A stretch of 64,000 nt of DNA from contig CAZHAK010000012.1 in assembly GCA_964530625.1 (NCBI GenBank), forward strand, positions 8,654 through 72,653. Reading direction: 5' to 3'. Made by a program: the position numbers and the translations under genes. This DNA comes from an uncultured Alphaproteobacteria bacterium. GTDB taxonomy: Bacteria; Electryoneota; RPQS01. This document shows, piece after piece, positions 1 through 9,007 of the stretch (the stretch's first letter is position 1; the number at the start of each line of letters is the position of its first letter). A model generated the notes under the pieces. It worked only from the letters and a program-made list of their open reading frames with translations, had not been told where the DNA came from and did not search any database.

Positions 1-158
1 TCGAAGGAGTAGATAAAATCGAACGTCGCTCTTTCTTTACCCTTGATCACGGTGTAGGGCGTGACCACCCGTTTTGGCTCTACACGCGGCGCCCCGATTT
101 CCAAACAATCTATCACGATCAGTGCGTCCAGAGAATGTTTTCGAGTCGATTCCGCCAT
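1..158 (-). CDS. Hypothetical protein, N-terminal fragment. The gene continues beyond the window start.
   Basis: The minus-strand ATG at about 158 lies 2 nt after the DUF1611 stop (TAG at 161-163). A GAGGAAG Shine-Dalgarno sits 5 nt upstream inside the DUF1611 3' end. The frame stays open to position 1 (MAESTRKHSLDALIVIDCLEIGAPRVEPKRVVTPYTVIKGKERATFDFIYSF...). It is absent from the ORF track because no stop falls in the window. Confidence 0.4.
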   Translation of the reverse strand, partial: MAESTRKHSLDALIVIDCLEIGAPRVEPKRVVTPYTVIKGKERATFDFIYSF

Positions 159-160
159 GC

Positions 161-1246
161 CTACTTCCTCAACTTCTCTTTTGCCGTAATCACAGCCTCA
201 ACAATTTTGTCGGGGCCATGCACGAGCACATCCGCCGTCGGCAATCCGTATTCTTTTTCAAGCTGCGCGCAGACGGAGTCAATCTTATCCGCAGGCAAGT
301 CTTCATGATTCACGGTAATAGCGATAACCGGCTTGCTCGAAATGATTTGTATCGCTTCAATCTGGCGTTTTAAGTCGTGCAGGACGTATCCCGGAAAGCC
401 GTCGTACTCTTTGCGCATCGGCGCGTGCTGCAAGACAACGACGTCCGGTCTGCCTGCTGCTAAAATTTCAAAGCCACCGGGGTAGGCAGGATTCAACAAA
501 CTTCCCTGACCTTCGATAACAATGAACTCAGGGTGCTGCTCATTCCAAGCGCTCCAAACCGCATGCTCAATTTCTCCCGCTACAAAATCATTCACCAAAG
601 AATCCATGATACAACCATAGCGCGCGCCTTGCAGCCAGGTGGTTTGGCCCGTGCCGATCAATTCGGCTGATCGCTCACGATCTGCAAGACCGAAGACAAT
701 CCGCCACGCGGTCGTCCGCTTACCGACTGCCGAGTCTGTGCCTAAGACCGCGATCTTAAACGAATCCACTTGCTCGATCTTTCCTTCAAAGAAATGCAGC
801 GCATCCACCGAGGGGGGCTTGCGCACGTCGGTCAATGTCACTCCGCGCGCAATCGCCAAATCCATCATAATCGGATCTTCCGTGAGATAATCGTGCAGGC
901 CGCAAACCACGTTCAGTTTCATTTCAATCGCCTGCCGCACGGCTTCGCGCGCTTCGCCCGACAACCGTCCACCGTCGGGAGCAAGTCCCACAATAAGATG
1001 CGTCGGTGGTTTTCCGGCATCACGCGCCGCCGCCGCCGCATCATAGGTTGATCCATAGATCATGATGCCGGATTTCTTTCCGTCCAAGACTTCGAGGGCG
1101 TCTTGCCCAGCGTATTTTGAATCTACAACTGAGTGAACCTCAAACCGGCGAGTGAAGCGAGTCAGCCCGTGAGCAGTCTTGCCGTTCGTCGTATTGAAGG
1201 CTCCTTCGCAGTAGACTATAGCCGTTCCGTCGTAATTAAATATCAT
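161..1246 (-). CDS. DUF1611-family protein with a P-loop (GTDSAVGKRTTA) and a Rossmann-like N-domain. Function is unknown.
   Basis: The 361-aa ORF contains the Walker-A-like motif VLGTDSAVGKRTT. Length and pattern match my recollection of the DUF1611 family. Its start overlaps the stop of the upstream PLP-enzyme gene by 4 nt. Confidence 0.55.
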   Translation of the reverse strand: MIFNYDGTAIVYCEGAFNTTNGKTAHGLTRFTRRFEVHSVVDSKYAGQDALEVLDGKKSGIMIYGSTYDAAAAARDAGKPPTHLIVGLAPDGGRLSGEAREAVRQAIEMKLNVVCGLHDYLTEDPIMMDLAIARGVTLTDVRKPPSVDALHFFEGKIEQVDSFKIAVLGTDSAVGKRTTAWRIVFGLADRERSAELIGTGQTTWLQGARYGCIMDSLVNDFVAGEIEHAVWSAWNEQHPEFIVIEGQGSLLNPAYPGGFEILAAGRPDVVVLQHAPMRKEYDGFPGYVLHDLKRQIEAIQIISSKPVIAITVNHEDLPADKIDSVCAQLEKEYGLPTADVLVHGPDKIVEAVITAKEKLRK

Positions 1247-2448
1247 GCCTTTCTCCCGGTTAACAATACCACATATCTCTCCGGCGGCAGGTGTCCGCCG
1301 GGCACGTTAGCCAGCGCGATTAGACCCGCAGTGGACGCAGGCAGGACGCTCAATCCTTCCTGCTCTTTAAGTTTTTTTGCAAAGGACATCATGGCGCGGT
1401 CTGTCGCGTTGGCCGCCCAGCCGTTGGTGGAGTACATGGCGTCGAGCGCGATGTCGCCGTCAATCGAGTGCCAGTTCACGAGTGGTTCATTCACCGGAGT
1501 TTCGCGAATTTTTTCCGGTGACAAATCTTCGCATGTCTTCGCTCCACGCAAGAACGCTTGCACGACCGGATTCATCCCATGCGAGGAACCGCCCACCATA
1601 CGCGGAACGTGCGACGTTTTGCCGCGACGGTACAAACTCAAGAATCCTTTGTAAATTCCCGCGAGCGTCGTCGCATTGGAAACCGGAACGGCCATCGCCG
1701 CCGGAGCGTCGCGCAATGCGTCGTAAATTTCAAACGCGATTTCACCGTAAGCTTTTAGCTGCAGAGCGGTGTTGGCGCCGCCCGGGTTCGCGTCGTAATA
1801 TTCATTCTTCTCGGCCAACTCGCTTGAGGCCCGCACCGCACCTTCATAGTCGGTATCAATGCGCACGATCTCCGCATTGAATCGCAGCATTTCAGGTATG
1901 CGTCCGGAGTGGAACTTTGCGGGCACATGGATCACGCAACGCAGTCCAGCCGTGCTGGCCGCAAAAGCCATGGCGGCTCCATAGTTGCCGCACGTCGCCA
2001 CGGTAATCGTATCGTAACCGCGGCGGATCGCATCCATCGCCTGCGCGAAGGCAATTCTGTCCTTCTGCGTTCCCGTCGGATTCCCGCCTTCGAACTTCAA
2101 GAATATCTGCCGGACGCCGATTTCCTTTTCGATATTGCGCGCACGATGAAGCGACGTGTCACCGACTTCGGAATCGAAAATATCCTCAAAGGCTTCCAAT
2201 CTCTCGTCAACTGACCTTGACAGGTCAGACGCAATCTTGTGCGCTGACGCAATTTCCGGATCAAAGGTCAGATTGGAGGAAGTGGCTCCGTCCAACAGGG
2301 GGCGAATCTCTGCCGCCTGAACTAGGGCGTGTGAAGCGCTTGTAACTTTCTCGCTGTCGCCACCGTCGTTGATTTTCATCGTATCTTTGCCCCTCTCTGC
2401 GGTCGCCATATGGCCTCCTTTTGACCAATTCTCTGTTCGCCTACCCAA
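1243..2448 (-). CDS. PLP-dependent fold-type II enzyme (threonine synthase / cysteine synthase-like).
   Basis: The 401-aa ORF has the PLP-lysine motif KFEGGNPTGTQKDR and a Gly-rich loop, typical of the Trp-synthase-beta/threonine-synthase superfamily. It overlaps the DUF1611 gene by 4 nt, indicating translational coupling. Confidence 0.7.
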   Translation of the reverse strand: MGRRTENWSKGGHMATAERGKDTMKINDGGDSEKVTSASHALVQAAEIRPLLDGATSSNLTFDPEIASAHKIASDLSRSVDERLEAFEDIFDSEVGDTSLHRARNIEKEIGVRQIFLKFEGGNPTGTQKDRIAFAQAMDAIRRGYDTITVATCGNYGAAMAFAASTAGLRCVIHVPAKFHSGRIPEMLRFNAEIVRIDTDYEGAVRASSELAEKNEYYDANPGGANTALQLKAYGEIAFEIYDALRDAPAAMAVPVSNATTLAGIYKGFLSLYRRGKTSHVPRMVGGSSHGMNPVVQAFLRGAKTCEDLSPEKIRETPVNEPLVNWHSIDGDIALDAMYSTNGWAANATDRAMMSFAKKLKEQEGLSVLPASTAGLIALANVPGGHLPPERYVVLLTGRKA

Positions 2449-2923
2449 TCACTTGAAATATATAGAAATTGTGTGACTCTTGCACGGAAGAACCGCCAGA
2501 ATTGCTTCTATTTCGACTGTTCACTGTTCAGGAAATACCTGATATTAAACGAGTAAACAATGGTCAGAACCTTACGGAACAAAGACCTGCACAAGTAAGG
2601 GGTTTGTATTCAGAACACGAGAACAAGATCAACAGAACAGCAAAGCACTTTCATTGACAACCTGCTTCACACTCGTTTTGCTATCCCTGTATTGGTTAGC
2701 CACTTCAACAAATCTCGCACTGTCTAGAGCCTGTATTTCAGGAGGCTGCGGACCTGCAGTTTAGACAGGGAAAGCGCCTGTCCAAAATTAAAGTTTTACC
2801 GCTAATTTGACGATACCCCTAATGAAGGCGATTGATAAGTCTCACTGGTGATTGATGTAAACTTTGATTTTCCATAGGCTTATCCTTCGAACGGTACGTA
2901 TCGTTTAGAAAAGGAGAATCCAA

Positions 2924-3133
2924 ATGGATGCTTCAGGAATTTCAACCGGTTCCAACATTGCTTCGATTGTGCAAAAGGCGACGAGCGAAGCTCCGGCCAC
3001 TGCTCCAAAGCAGGCCGAGGCTCCTCAGCAGTCCTATTTGTCGCAGCTTGAGCGACTGGGCGCCGATCATCCGCTGACCAAGTTCCTTGGAGGATTTTGG
3101 TCGCAACAGCAGCAAGTGGATGTGACGGTCTAA
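2924..3133 (+). CDS. Small hypothetical protein (69 aa).
   Basis: A strong SD (AAAAGGAG) sits 8 nt upstream of the ATG. A rho-independent terminator follows 30 nt after the stop. There is no homolog I recognise. Confidence 0.45.
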   Translation: MDASGISTGSNIASIVQKATSEAPATAPKQAEAPQQSYLSQLERLGADHPLTKFLGGFWSQQQQVDVTV

Positions 3134-3161
3134 CACGGTTTCCTCTCAACCCCGAGAGACG

Positions 3162-3196
3162 AAAAGCCCCGCGAGAACTTGCGGGGCTTTTCAGTT
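3162..3196 (+). terminator. Rho-independent terminator.
   Basis: The sequence aaaagCCCCGCgagaacttGCGGGGcttttcagttt forms a GC-rich hairpin followed by a T-run. It sits just downstream of the small ORF. Confidence 0.6.
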
Positions 3197-3500
3197 TCAC
3201 AAAAGAAATGTTTTTAAAGGCAATGTTGTCAAATAATTGTTTTTTATGTTTTTGGAATCAATAACACTGGACAAGCACACTACCTCCTGTCGGAAACGCA
3301 CTTGACACTCAGTGACCGCAAACGTACCTTGACAAGGGTACTTGGCTCTTCTTTGATCTTAATGAGTTTGGACTCGGTGCAAGTTTCTTTTTTTGGATCG
3401 CAGGAAGCACTTGCTTCCAACAAAAAAAAAAAAAGTAACTTAGGCTGTCTGCGGTCGCCAGACATTTTTGGGTGGGATATTCAAATCAAGGAGAACGGCC

Positions 3501-3908
3501 ATGAAGTTTAACAGCGCAAAGAAACTCGCATATGTCGGTTTGATTGTAGTAGCCACAGTTTGGATTCTGCAAGACGGGTTCGCCCTAAACATCGTCCACA
3601 CCCACACCGCAAAAGGGTGGCTAAATCAAGAATTTGAAGTTACGACTCCTCAGACCGTTATCATGGAAGGTAAGGCACCTTCAAGCGGCACGCTTCGCGT
3701 CATGCTTGACCGTTTAGGTATGGTTAGAGTGGCTGAGTTTGATATTCAGAATGGGCAATGTAGATCGGACAACATAGGCGAACTAAGTTCTCATCTCTAT
3801 GATTTTTCTTCAAGAGTGACGAACTATGGTTCAGGCACAGGAAAGTCATGCTTGCGAAGCCCGACCGTTTATTCGCAGTGCAGCTGTGGTGGTGGGCAAG
3901 GTAGCTAA
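3501..3908 (+). CDS. Small secreted or membrane-anchored hypothetical protein with 4 Cys.
   Basis: The ATG at 3501 is preceded by AAGGAGAACGGCC. The ORF track begins at an upstream alternative start, 3468. The N-terminus MKFNSAKKLAYVGLIVVATVWIL looks like a signal peptide or TM anchor. The gene sits immediately upstream of the T9SS beta-helix gene. Confidence 0.5.
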   Translation: MKFNSAKKLAYVGLIVVATVWILQDGFALNIVHTHTAKGWLNQEFEVTTPQTVIMEGKAPSSGTLRVMLDRLGMVRVAEFDIQNGQCRSDNIGELSSHLYDFSSRVTNYGSGTGKSCLRSPTVYSQCSCGGGQGS

Positions 3909-3949
3909 TCACATGATGGGGCGTTTGCGACCCCGCCCCTAGAATTCTA

Positions 3950-5608
3950 ATGATAATCATCGCATCAATCTTAATCGCCTTGGTTGTAACTCAATCAGCT
4001 CGCCCAACAATTATAGTTGTAGAAGCTGGAGAGAGCATCCAAATCGCATTAGCTTCATCAATCACTGGCGATACAGTCCTTGTTCAACCCGGCGATTATC
4101 ATGAGAGCCTTCGACTTCCAAACCACTCAGTTACACTTGCGGGGAGCTATCTATTTTCATCGGACACGATGGATATTCGCGAAACGACGCTCTTTCCTGA
4201 CAGCGTGTCACTGGACACGAATAGCTGCATAGTAGTTACTTCCGGCAATCAGATATGCCATCGCGTTGTTGGCCTAACCCTTAAAGGCGGAAAGGGTACT
4301 CAAACAAATATTTTTAATAATCAAAAGAGCGGCGGCGGGGTTTATGCCAGAAATTCTTGTGTTACAATCGAATTCTGTAGAATCCTGGATTGTAAGACAA
4401 CATTCGGCGGTGGAATTGCCGCGATTGGACCAAGCTTTGAGGTTCGCTCCGGATTTGTCGAAGTCAACAATTGTTTCATTCGAGGCTGTACAGCGCAGGA
4501 AAATGGGGGCGGTTTTTTTGCGCTGAGTTGTAGCCTCGCATTTGATCACTGTGAATTAGTTAAAGATTCCTGCTTAAATTTCTGCGGAGGAATAGAGGCA
4601 AGTCAAAGCTACATACATGGAACAAACACCACCGTTGATTCGGCCTACGGTTCTTCTAGCTCTTTGGATATTAGCACCAGTGAAGTTTACTTAAATCAAT
4701 GCAGTTTTTTACACGGCACATGTATTCCCCATCCCTTATCGAACAGCTTTTTTCACATAGGGAGTAGCTCAGGTAGAGTCGCAGCATGCACGTTCAGTGA
4801 GAATTTAACGGAGTACCCAGGAGGTTCTATCATAGGCGATCCCGCACCAGAAGTAGTTGGGTGCGTTTTTGAAAGAATCACGGCAACGATTTACACAGCG
4901 ACAGTCTTGATCGGGTACGACGATAACACTCAGTTCGCATACAACATTATTCGCGATAACGTAAACATTGCGGGAGGCGCGATCCAGCCGTTTCAGAGAA
5001 CGACCGCACGCATTCATCACAACCTTATCACGGGCAATCGGTCACTGCAAGAGAATCGTCCGTCCGCGATTTTGTGCGTCTCAAACTGCAACCCAACGAT
5101 TGACTCCAATCGAATTGAAGGCAATCATGGCAGTTCAGTCGGATTCATTATTGAGTTAGGTGAACATCACTGGGACTTATCGCGGAACTGGTGGGGGCAC
5201 GAGAGCGGCCCTTACGACGCGGTACGCAATGCGGGCGGACAGGGCGACACCATTCAAACAGATTCCGTTGTCTTTGAACCTTGGCTTCTGACTCCGCCTG
5301 AAACGTCAGTTGGCATAGGGCCCATACATCCGAAACAGCCGTTAGCGAGTACTTGGGAGATTCTGGCAGTCTATCCGAATCCGTTCAACAATTCTTTCAC
5401 AGTTTCCATTGCAGGTTTTGCACGCAGCGATTTTGAGGTGAAACTCGTAGACCTACTTGGCCGCCAGGTCGCTTCCATCCATAGCGGCTCACTAACCGGG
5501 ACATCTCTTCGTTACGATGCCGCCACGCAGCTTGCAACTGGACTATACTTTCTCGTCGCACAGGACAGCCGATCCGTTAGCGTTAAGAAAGTAGTCTTTC
5601 TAAAGTAA
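3950..5608 (+). CDS. Secreted right-handed beta-helix (pectate-lyase-fold) repeat protein with a T9SS C-terminal sorting domain.
   Basis: It has a signal peptide MIIIASILIALVVTQSA. Repeated N-x-x-GGG / CxxxxNxxxGG motifs are typical of parallel beta-helix repeats. The C-terminus AVYPNPFNNSFTVSIAG...GLYFLV...VKKVVFLK matches the Por/T9SS CTD consensus. Confidence 0.7.
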   Translation: MIIIASILIALVVTQSARPTIIVVEAGESIQIALASSITGDTVLVQPGDYHESLRLPNHSVTLAGSYLFSSDTMDIRETTLFPDSVSLDTNSCIVVTSGNQICHRVVGLTLKGGKGTQTNIFNNQKSGGGVYARNSCVTIEFCRILDCKTTFGGGIAAIGPSFEVRSGFVEVNNCFIRGCTAQENGGGFFALSCSLAFDHCELVKDSCLNFCGGIEASQSYIHGTNTTVDSAYGSSSSLDISTSEVYLNQCSFLHGTCIPHPLSNSFFHIGSSSGRVAACTFSENLTEYPGGSIIGDPAPEVVGCVFERITATIYTATVLIGYDDNTQFAYNIIRDNVNIAGGAIQPFQRTTARIHHNLITGNRSLQENRPSAILCVSNCNPTIDSNRIEGNHGSSVGFIIELGEHHWDLSRNWWGHESGPYDAVRNAGGQGDTIQTDSVVFEPWLLTPPETSVGIGPIHPKQPLASTWEILAVYPNPFNNSFTVSIAGFARSDFEVKLVDLLGRQVASIHSGSLTGTSLRYDAATQLATGLYFLVAQDSRSVSVKKVVFLK

Positions 5609-5624
5609 GCATTTGCACAATCAT

Positions 5625-5656
5625 AAAAGCCCCGCGATAGCTCGCGGGGCTTTTTA
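5625..5656. terminator. Bidirectional rho-independent terminator.
   Basis: The sequence aaaaGCCCCGCGAtagcTCGCGGGGCttttt is a perfect GC stem flanked by an A-run and a T-run. It serves the convergent T9SS gene (+) and rplQ (-). Confidence 0.65.
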
Positions 5657-5672
5657 ATCTAAGCTTTGTCTC

Positions 5673-6104
5673 TTATGCCGCGGCCTTCTTACTCTTCTTG
5701 GCCTTCTTCTCGTCGGCGGCGGGTGTGGCTGCTGCGGCTTGGACGCCTTCGTAGCCTACCAGCTCGATAATCGCGATGGGAGCGGCGTCACCGCGGCGGA
5801 CACCCATCTTAATGATGCGTGTGTATCCACCCGGACGATCGGCGTTCTTGGGGCCGATTTCGCTGAACAGCATTTGCAGGATCGCAGGCTTCGTGCAGAA
5901 GCGCGCAACCAAACGGCGCGACGCGACCGAATCCGCCTTAGCCTTGGTGATTAGGCGTTCGGCAAAGGGGCGAAGCTCTTTCGCTTTGGCTATGGTCGTC
6001 TTGATCCGCTTGTGCTCAAAGAGGTCTTGCGCCATGTTGATCATCAACGCCTTTTTATGGCTGGACGTTCGCGAAAGCTGGCGTCCTTTATTTAAGTGTC
6101 TCAT
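5673..6104 (-). CDS. rplQ: 50S ribosomal protein L17.
   Basis: The N-terminus MRHLNKGRQLSRTSSHKK... matches L17. It is the last gene of the alpha operon, after rpoA. It carries a C-terminal Lys/Ala-rich tail. Confidence 0.9.
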   Translation of the reverse strand: MRHLNKGRQLSRTSSHKKALMINMAQDLFEHKRIKTTIAKAKELRPFAERLITKAKADSVASRRLVARFCTKPAILQMLFSEIGPKNADRPGGYTRIIKMGVRRGDAAPIAIIELVGYEGVQAAAATPAADEKKAKKSKKAAA

Positions 6105-7093
6105 TTCTTATCGAAGTCCACAGAGAGATATTTTTCCACGTCCATGCCGAAATGCAGTGACTTGGTCTTCAGAATTTCATTCAGTTCGACGAGTGACTTC
6201 CGGCCAAAATTTTTGAAGCGCAGCATCTCGTTTTCGTCACGGCGCACGAGATCCGCAATCGTGCGAATCTTGGCTTCCTTCAAACAGTTCGCGCTGCGAA
6301 CGGACAGTTCGAGATCCTCGACCGGCTTGCGCAAGAGCTTACGAATTTGCAGAGTCTCTTCGTCGATATCTTCATCGTCGTCCTTTTCGGGCTTCATGTC
6401 GAAGCTGATGAAGAGCGCAATATGGTCACGTAAGACGCGACCAGCGTTTGAGAGAGCGTCTTCCGGAGTCACTGAACCGTCGGTCCAGATTTCCAGAATC
6501 AGTTTTTCGTAGTCCGTGCGCTGACCGACACGAGTATTCTCGATAGTGTAGGTCACATTGCGGATCGGCGAATAAATTGCGTCCAAGGGAATTGTGCCGA
6601 TGGGTGCGTCCGACGGGCGGTTTTCTTCCGCCGGAACGTAGCCGCGGCCCTTCTTGATGGCCAATTCCATCTTGAGTTCAGACTCGCTGTTCAACGTCGC
6701 AATCAGATGATCGGGATTCAGAATCTCGAAATCATTGTTGCCGATTTGCAAATCGCGCGCGGTAAACTCTTTGGGACCTTTCAGCTGGACATAAATTTTG
6801 TCCGGCTTCTTGTTCAAGAGTTTGAAGCGCACACCCTTCAGGTTCAGGATCATCTCGGTAACGTCTTCAGACACACCGGGAATCGTCGAGAACTCGTGCA
6901 GGACTCCGTCCACTTTAATCGTGACAATTGCCGCGCCCTGCAGAGTTGAAATCAGGACACGACGCAGGCTATTACCAATGGTGACTCCATAGCCACGTTC
7001 AAGGGGTTGGACAATGAATTTGCCATAGGTATCCGTATGGGTAGATTCATCAATCTCCACCGCTTCCGGCATTTGGAAGTTCAAACCGTTCAT
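6101..7093 (-). CDS. rpoA: DNA-directed RNA polymerase subunit alpha.
   Basis: The translation from MNGLNFQMPEAVEIDEST...GYGVTIGNSLRRVLIS matches the RpoA NTD and CTD. I trimmed the start to the ATG at 7093, which is preceded by GAGGAGACCC. The ORF track extends to 7210. Confidence 0.9.
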   Translation of the reverse strand: MNGLNFQMPEAVEIDESTHTDTYGKFIVQPLERGYGVTIGNSLRRVLISTLQGAAIVTIKVDGVLHEFSTIPGVSEDVTEMILNLKGVRFKLLNKKPDKIYVQLKGPKEFTARDLQIGNNDFEILNPDHLIATLNSESELKMELAIKKGRGYVPAEENRPSDAPIGTIPLDAIYSPIRNVTYTIENTRVGQRTDYEKLILEIWTDGSVTPEDALSNAGRVLRDHIALFISFDMKPEKDDDEDIDEETLQIRKLLRKPVEDLELSVRSANCLKEAKIRTIADLVRRDENEMLRFKNFGRKSLVELNEILKTKSLHFGMDVEKYLSVDFDKK

Positions 7094-7112
7094 GGGTCTC
7101 CTCGAGGTGAAA

Positions 7113-7742
7113 TTAACGCGAGTAGAGTTCGACAACCAACTGCTCGTTGGCTTCGAACGGGATGTCGTTGCGCGCGGGCGATCCCAGGAAGACACCTTCC
7201 ATTTTTGCACGATCGACTTCCAGATTCGGCATCATTTTGCCGTGCGCGGCGAGCTGCATCGAAGAATGGATCACTTCCAATTTACGGGAGCGTTCACGGA
7301 CTTTGATACGGTCATTCGCCTTGAGGATGTAAGACGGGATATTGACCTTTTTGCCATTAACCATGAAGTGCGCGTGCACAACGAGTTGGCGCGCTTGGCG
7401 GCGCGTAGAGGCGAAACCCAGACGATAGATGATATTGTCCAAACGGCTTTCGAGCATTCCCATCAGGTTTTCACCGGTGACACCCTTTTGACGCTGCGCG
7501 ACGGTGAAGAAGCGATGAAACTGACGCTCGAGCAGGCCGTAAGACTCACGGATCTTTTGTTTTTCGAGGAGCTGTCGTCCGTATTCGGAAACCTTACTAC
7601 GACGACCTCGACCGTGCATACCCGGCGGGTAGCCCTTTTTGTCAAACGCCGACTTGCCACTACGAACGCGCAGGCCTTTGAGGTACAATTGCGCGCCGAC
7701 TCGACGACATATTTTATCCGTTGGACCGCGATTTCTTGCCAT
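7113..7742 (-). CDS. rpsD: 30S ribosomal protein S4.
   Basis: MARNRGPTDKICRRVGAQLYLKG... shows the S4 signature. It sits in alpha-operon order. Confidence 0.9.
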   Translation of the reverse strand: MARNRGPTDKICRRVGAQLYLKGLRVRSGKSAFDKKGYPPGMHGRGRRSKVSEYGRQLLEKQKIRESYGLLERQFHRFFTVAQRQKGVTGENLMGMLESRLDNIIYRLGFASTRRQARQLVVHAHFMVNGKKVNIPSYILKANDRIKVRERSRKLEVIHSSMQLAAHGKMMPNLEVDRAKMEGVFLGSPARNDIPFEANEQLVVELYSR

Positions 7743-7789
7743 AGACTTACAGGATATTTAGGTGATCAAAAATTACAAAGACGAGAGGA

Positions 7790-8206
7790 TTACACGCGGC
7801 GCGCTTTTTCAGGGCGGCAACCGTTATGGGGTAACGGAGTGACGTCGCGAATCGTCTGAATAGTCAAACCCGACGCCGCGATAGCACGCACGGCTCCATC
7901 ACGCCCGCCGCCGGGGCCGCGCACTTCGATAGAGACTTTTTTCAGACCCAGCGCCATCGCGGCTTTAGCGGCATTGTCGGCGGCCAGCTGCGCGGCGAAC
8001 GGAGTGTTCTTGCGCGAGCCTTTCAAGCCCATCTTGCCTGCGGAAGCCCAGGAAATGGTATTGCCGTAGTTATCGGTAATCGTGATAAGCGTATTGTTGA
8101 AGGAAGATTTGACGTGTACTACGCCAGTATCTTCCACCCGTTCTTTTTTCCGCTTACCTTTTTTCTTGGAAGTTGCCAAGTTATTACTCCGTGAAGAAAC
8201 GATCAA
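7790..8206 (-). CDS. rpsK: 30S ribosomal protein S11.
   Basis: The sequence ...[25 protein letters not shown]... matches S11. A possible true start is the TTG at about 8179, which has a GGAG 7 nt upstream. Confidence 0.9.
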   Translation of the reverse strand: MIVSSRSNNLATSKKKGKRKKERVEDTGVVHVKSSFNNTLITITDNYGNTISWASAGKMGLKGSRKNTPFAAQLAADNAAKAAMALGLKKVSIEVRGPGGGRDGAVRAIAASGLTIQTIRDVTPLPHNGCRPEKARRV

Positions 8207-8229
8207 CTGCGCGAGCGCAGCAAAATTTA

Positions 8230-8601
8230 TTACTTACCTTTTTTCTTGATCATCAAGTTTTTCTTGCGGCCCTTACGCGTGCGGGAATTATTTTTCGTAT
8301 TCTGTCCGCGAACGGGAAGTCCTTTACGATGGCGCAGACCGCGATAGCAACCTACGTCCATCAAACGCTTGATGTTCATTTGAATCTCGGAACGCAACGG
8401 CCCTTCGAGCTTGTAGTCGGCGATCGTCGCGCGAATCGCAGCGAGTTCGTCGTCATTCAGTTCATTGGTACGCTTGTTCCAATCAATTTCGCACTTCGTC
8501 AAAATCTTCTGAGACGTGGGGCGACCGACGCCAAAAATGTAGGTCAGGGCGACTTCGATGCGCTTATCGCGCGGGATATCTACGCCGGCAAAACGAGCCA
8601 T
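8230..8601 (-). CDS. rpsM: 30S ribosomal protein S13.
   Basis: [26 protein letters not shown]... matches S13. Confidence 0.9.
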   Translation of the reverse strand: MARFAGVDIPRDKRIEVALTYIFGVGRPTSQKILTKCEIDWNKRTNELNDDELAAIRATIADYKLEGPLRSEIQMNIKRLMDVGCYRGLRHRKGLPVRGQNTKNNSRTRKGRKKNLMIKKKGK

Positions 8602-8630
8602 TGCTTAATTACCTGTGTTACGGCGCGGGG

Positions 8631-8747
8631 CTAACCCTGGCGCTGTTTGTGTTTTTTGGTTCTGGAGCACACGATAAAGACACGGCCGCGACGACGGACG
8701 ATCTTACAGTGTTCACAAATTTTCTTAACGGAAGTACGGACTTTCAT
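8631..8747 (-). CDS. rpmJ: 50S ribosomal protein L36.
   Basis: My hand translation gives [38 protein letters not shown] (38 aa) with the Cys/His zinc ribbon of L36. It lies between infA and rpsM as in the spc/alpha junction. It is below the ORF-track length cutoff. Confidence 0.75.
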   Translation of the reverse strand: MKVRTSVKKICEHCKIVRRRGRVFIVCSRTKKHKQRQG

Positions 8748-8773
8748 GGTCGGTATCGCAATACTTTCTGAGA

Positions 8774-8959
8774 TTACTTATAGCGGTACGTGATGCGTCC
8801 GCGGCTGAGGTCATAAGGAGACAGTTCCACGGTGACTTTGTCGCCGGGCAGGATCTTAATAAAATGCATGCGCATTTTGCCCGAGATGTGACAGAGAACT
8901 TTGTGTCCATTCTCCAGAACTACGCGAAACGTAGCGTTGGGCAGACACTCCTCGATCAC
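8774..8959 (-). CDS. infA: Translation initiation factor IF-1.
   Basis: ...[56 protein letters not shown] matches the IF-1 OB-fold. The ORF track begins at a GTG, but a conserved N-terminal segment ([10 protein letters not shown]) lies in frame upstream with no canonical start codon. See the finding on this. Confidence 0.85.
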   Translation of the reverse strand: MIEECLPNATFRVVLENGHKVLCHISGKMRMHFIKILPGDKVTVELSPYDLSRGRITYRYK

Positions 8960-9007
8960 GCCGTCAACCTTAATGGACTGTTCTTTGGAAATAGGAACCT
9001 CTAATAC

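Noticed and set aside
3398-3420. The hairpin GGAAGCA-CT-TGCTTCC as a transcription terminator.
   Set aside because: The T-run is upstream and the A-run is downstream on the plus strand, with the mirror arrangement on the minus strand. It therefore lacks a 3' U-tract in either orientation.
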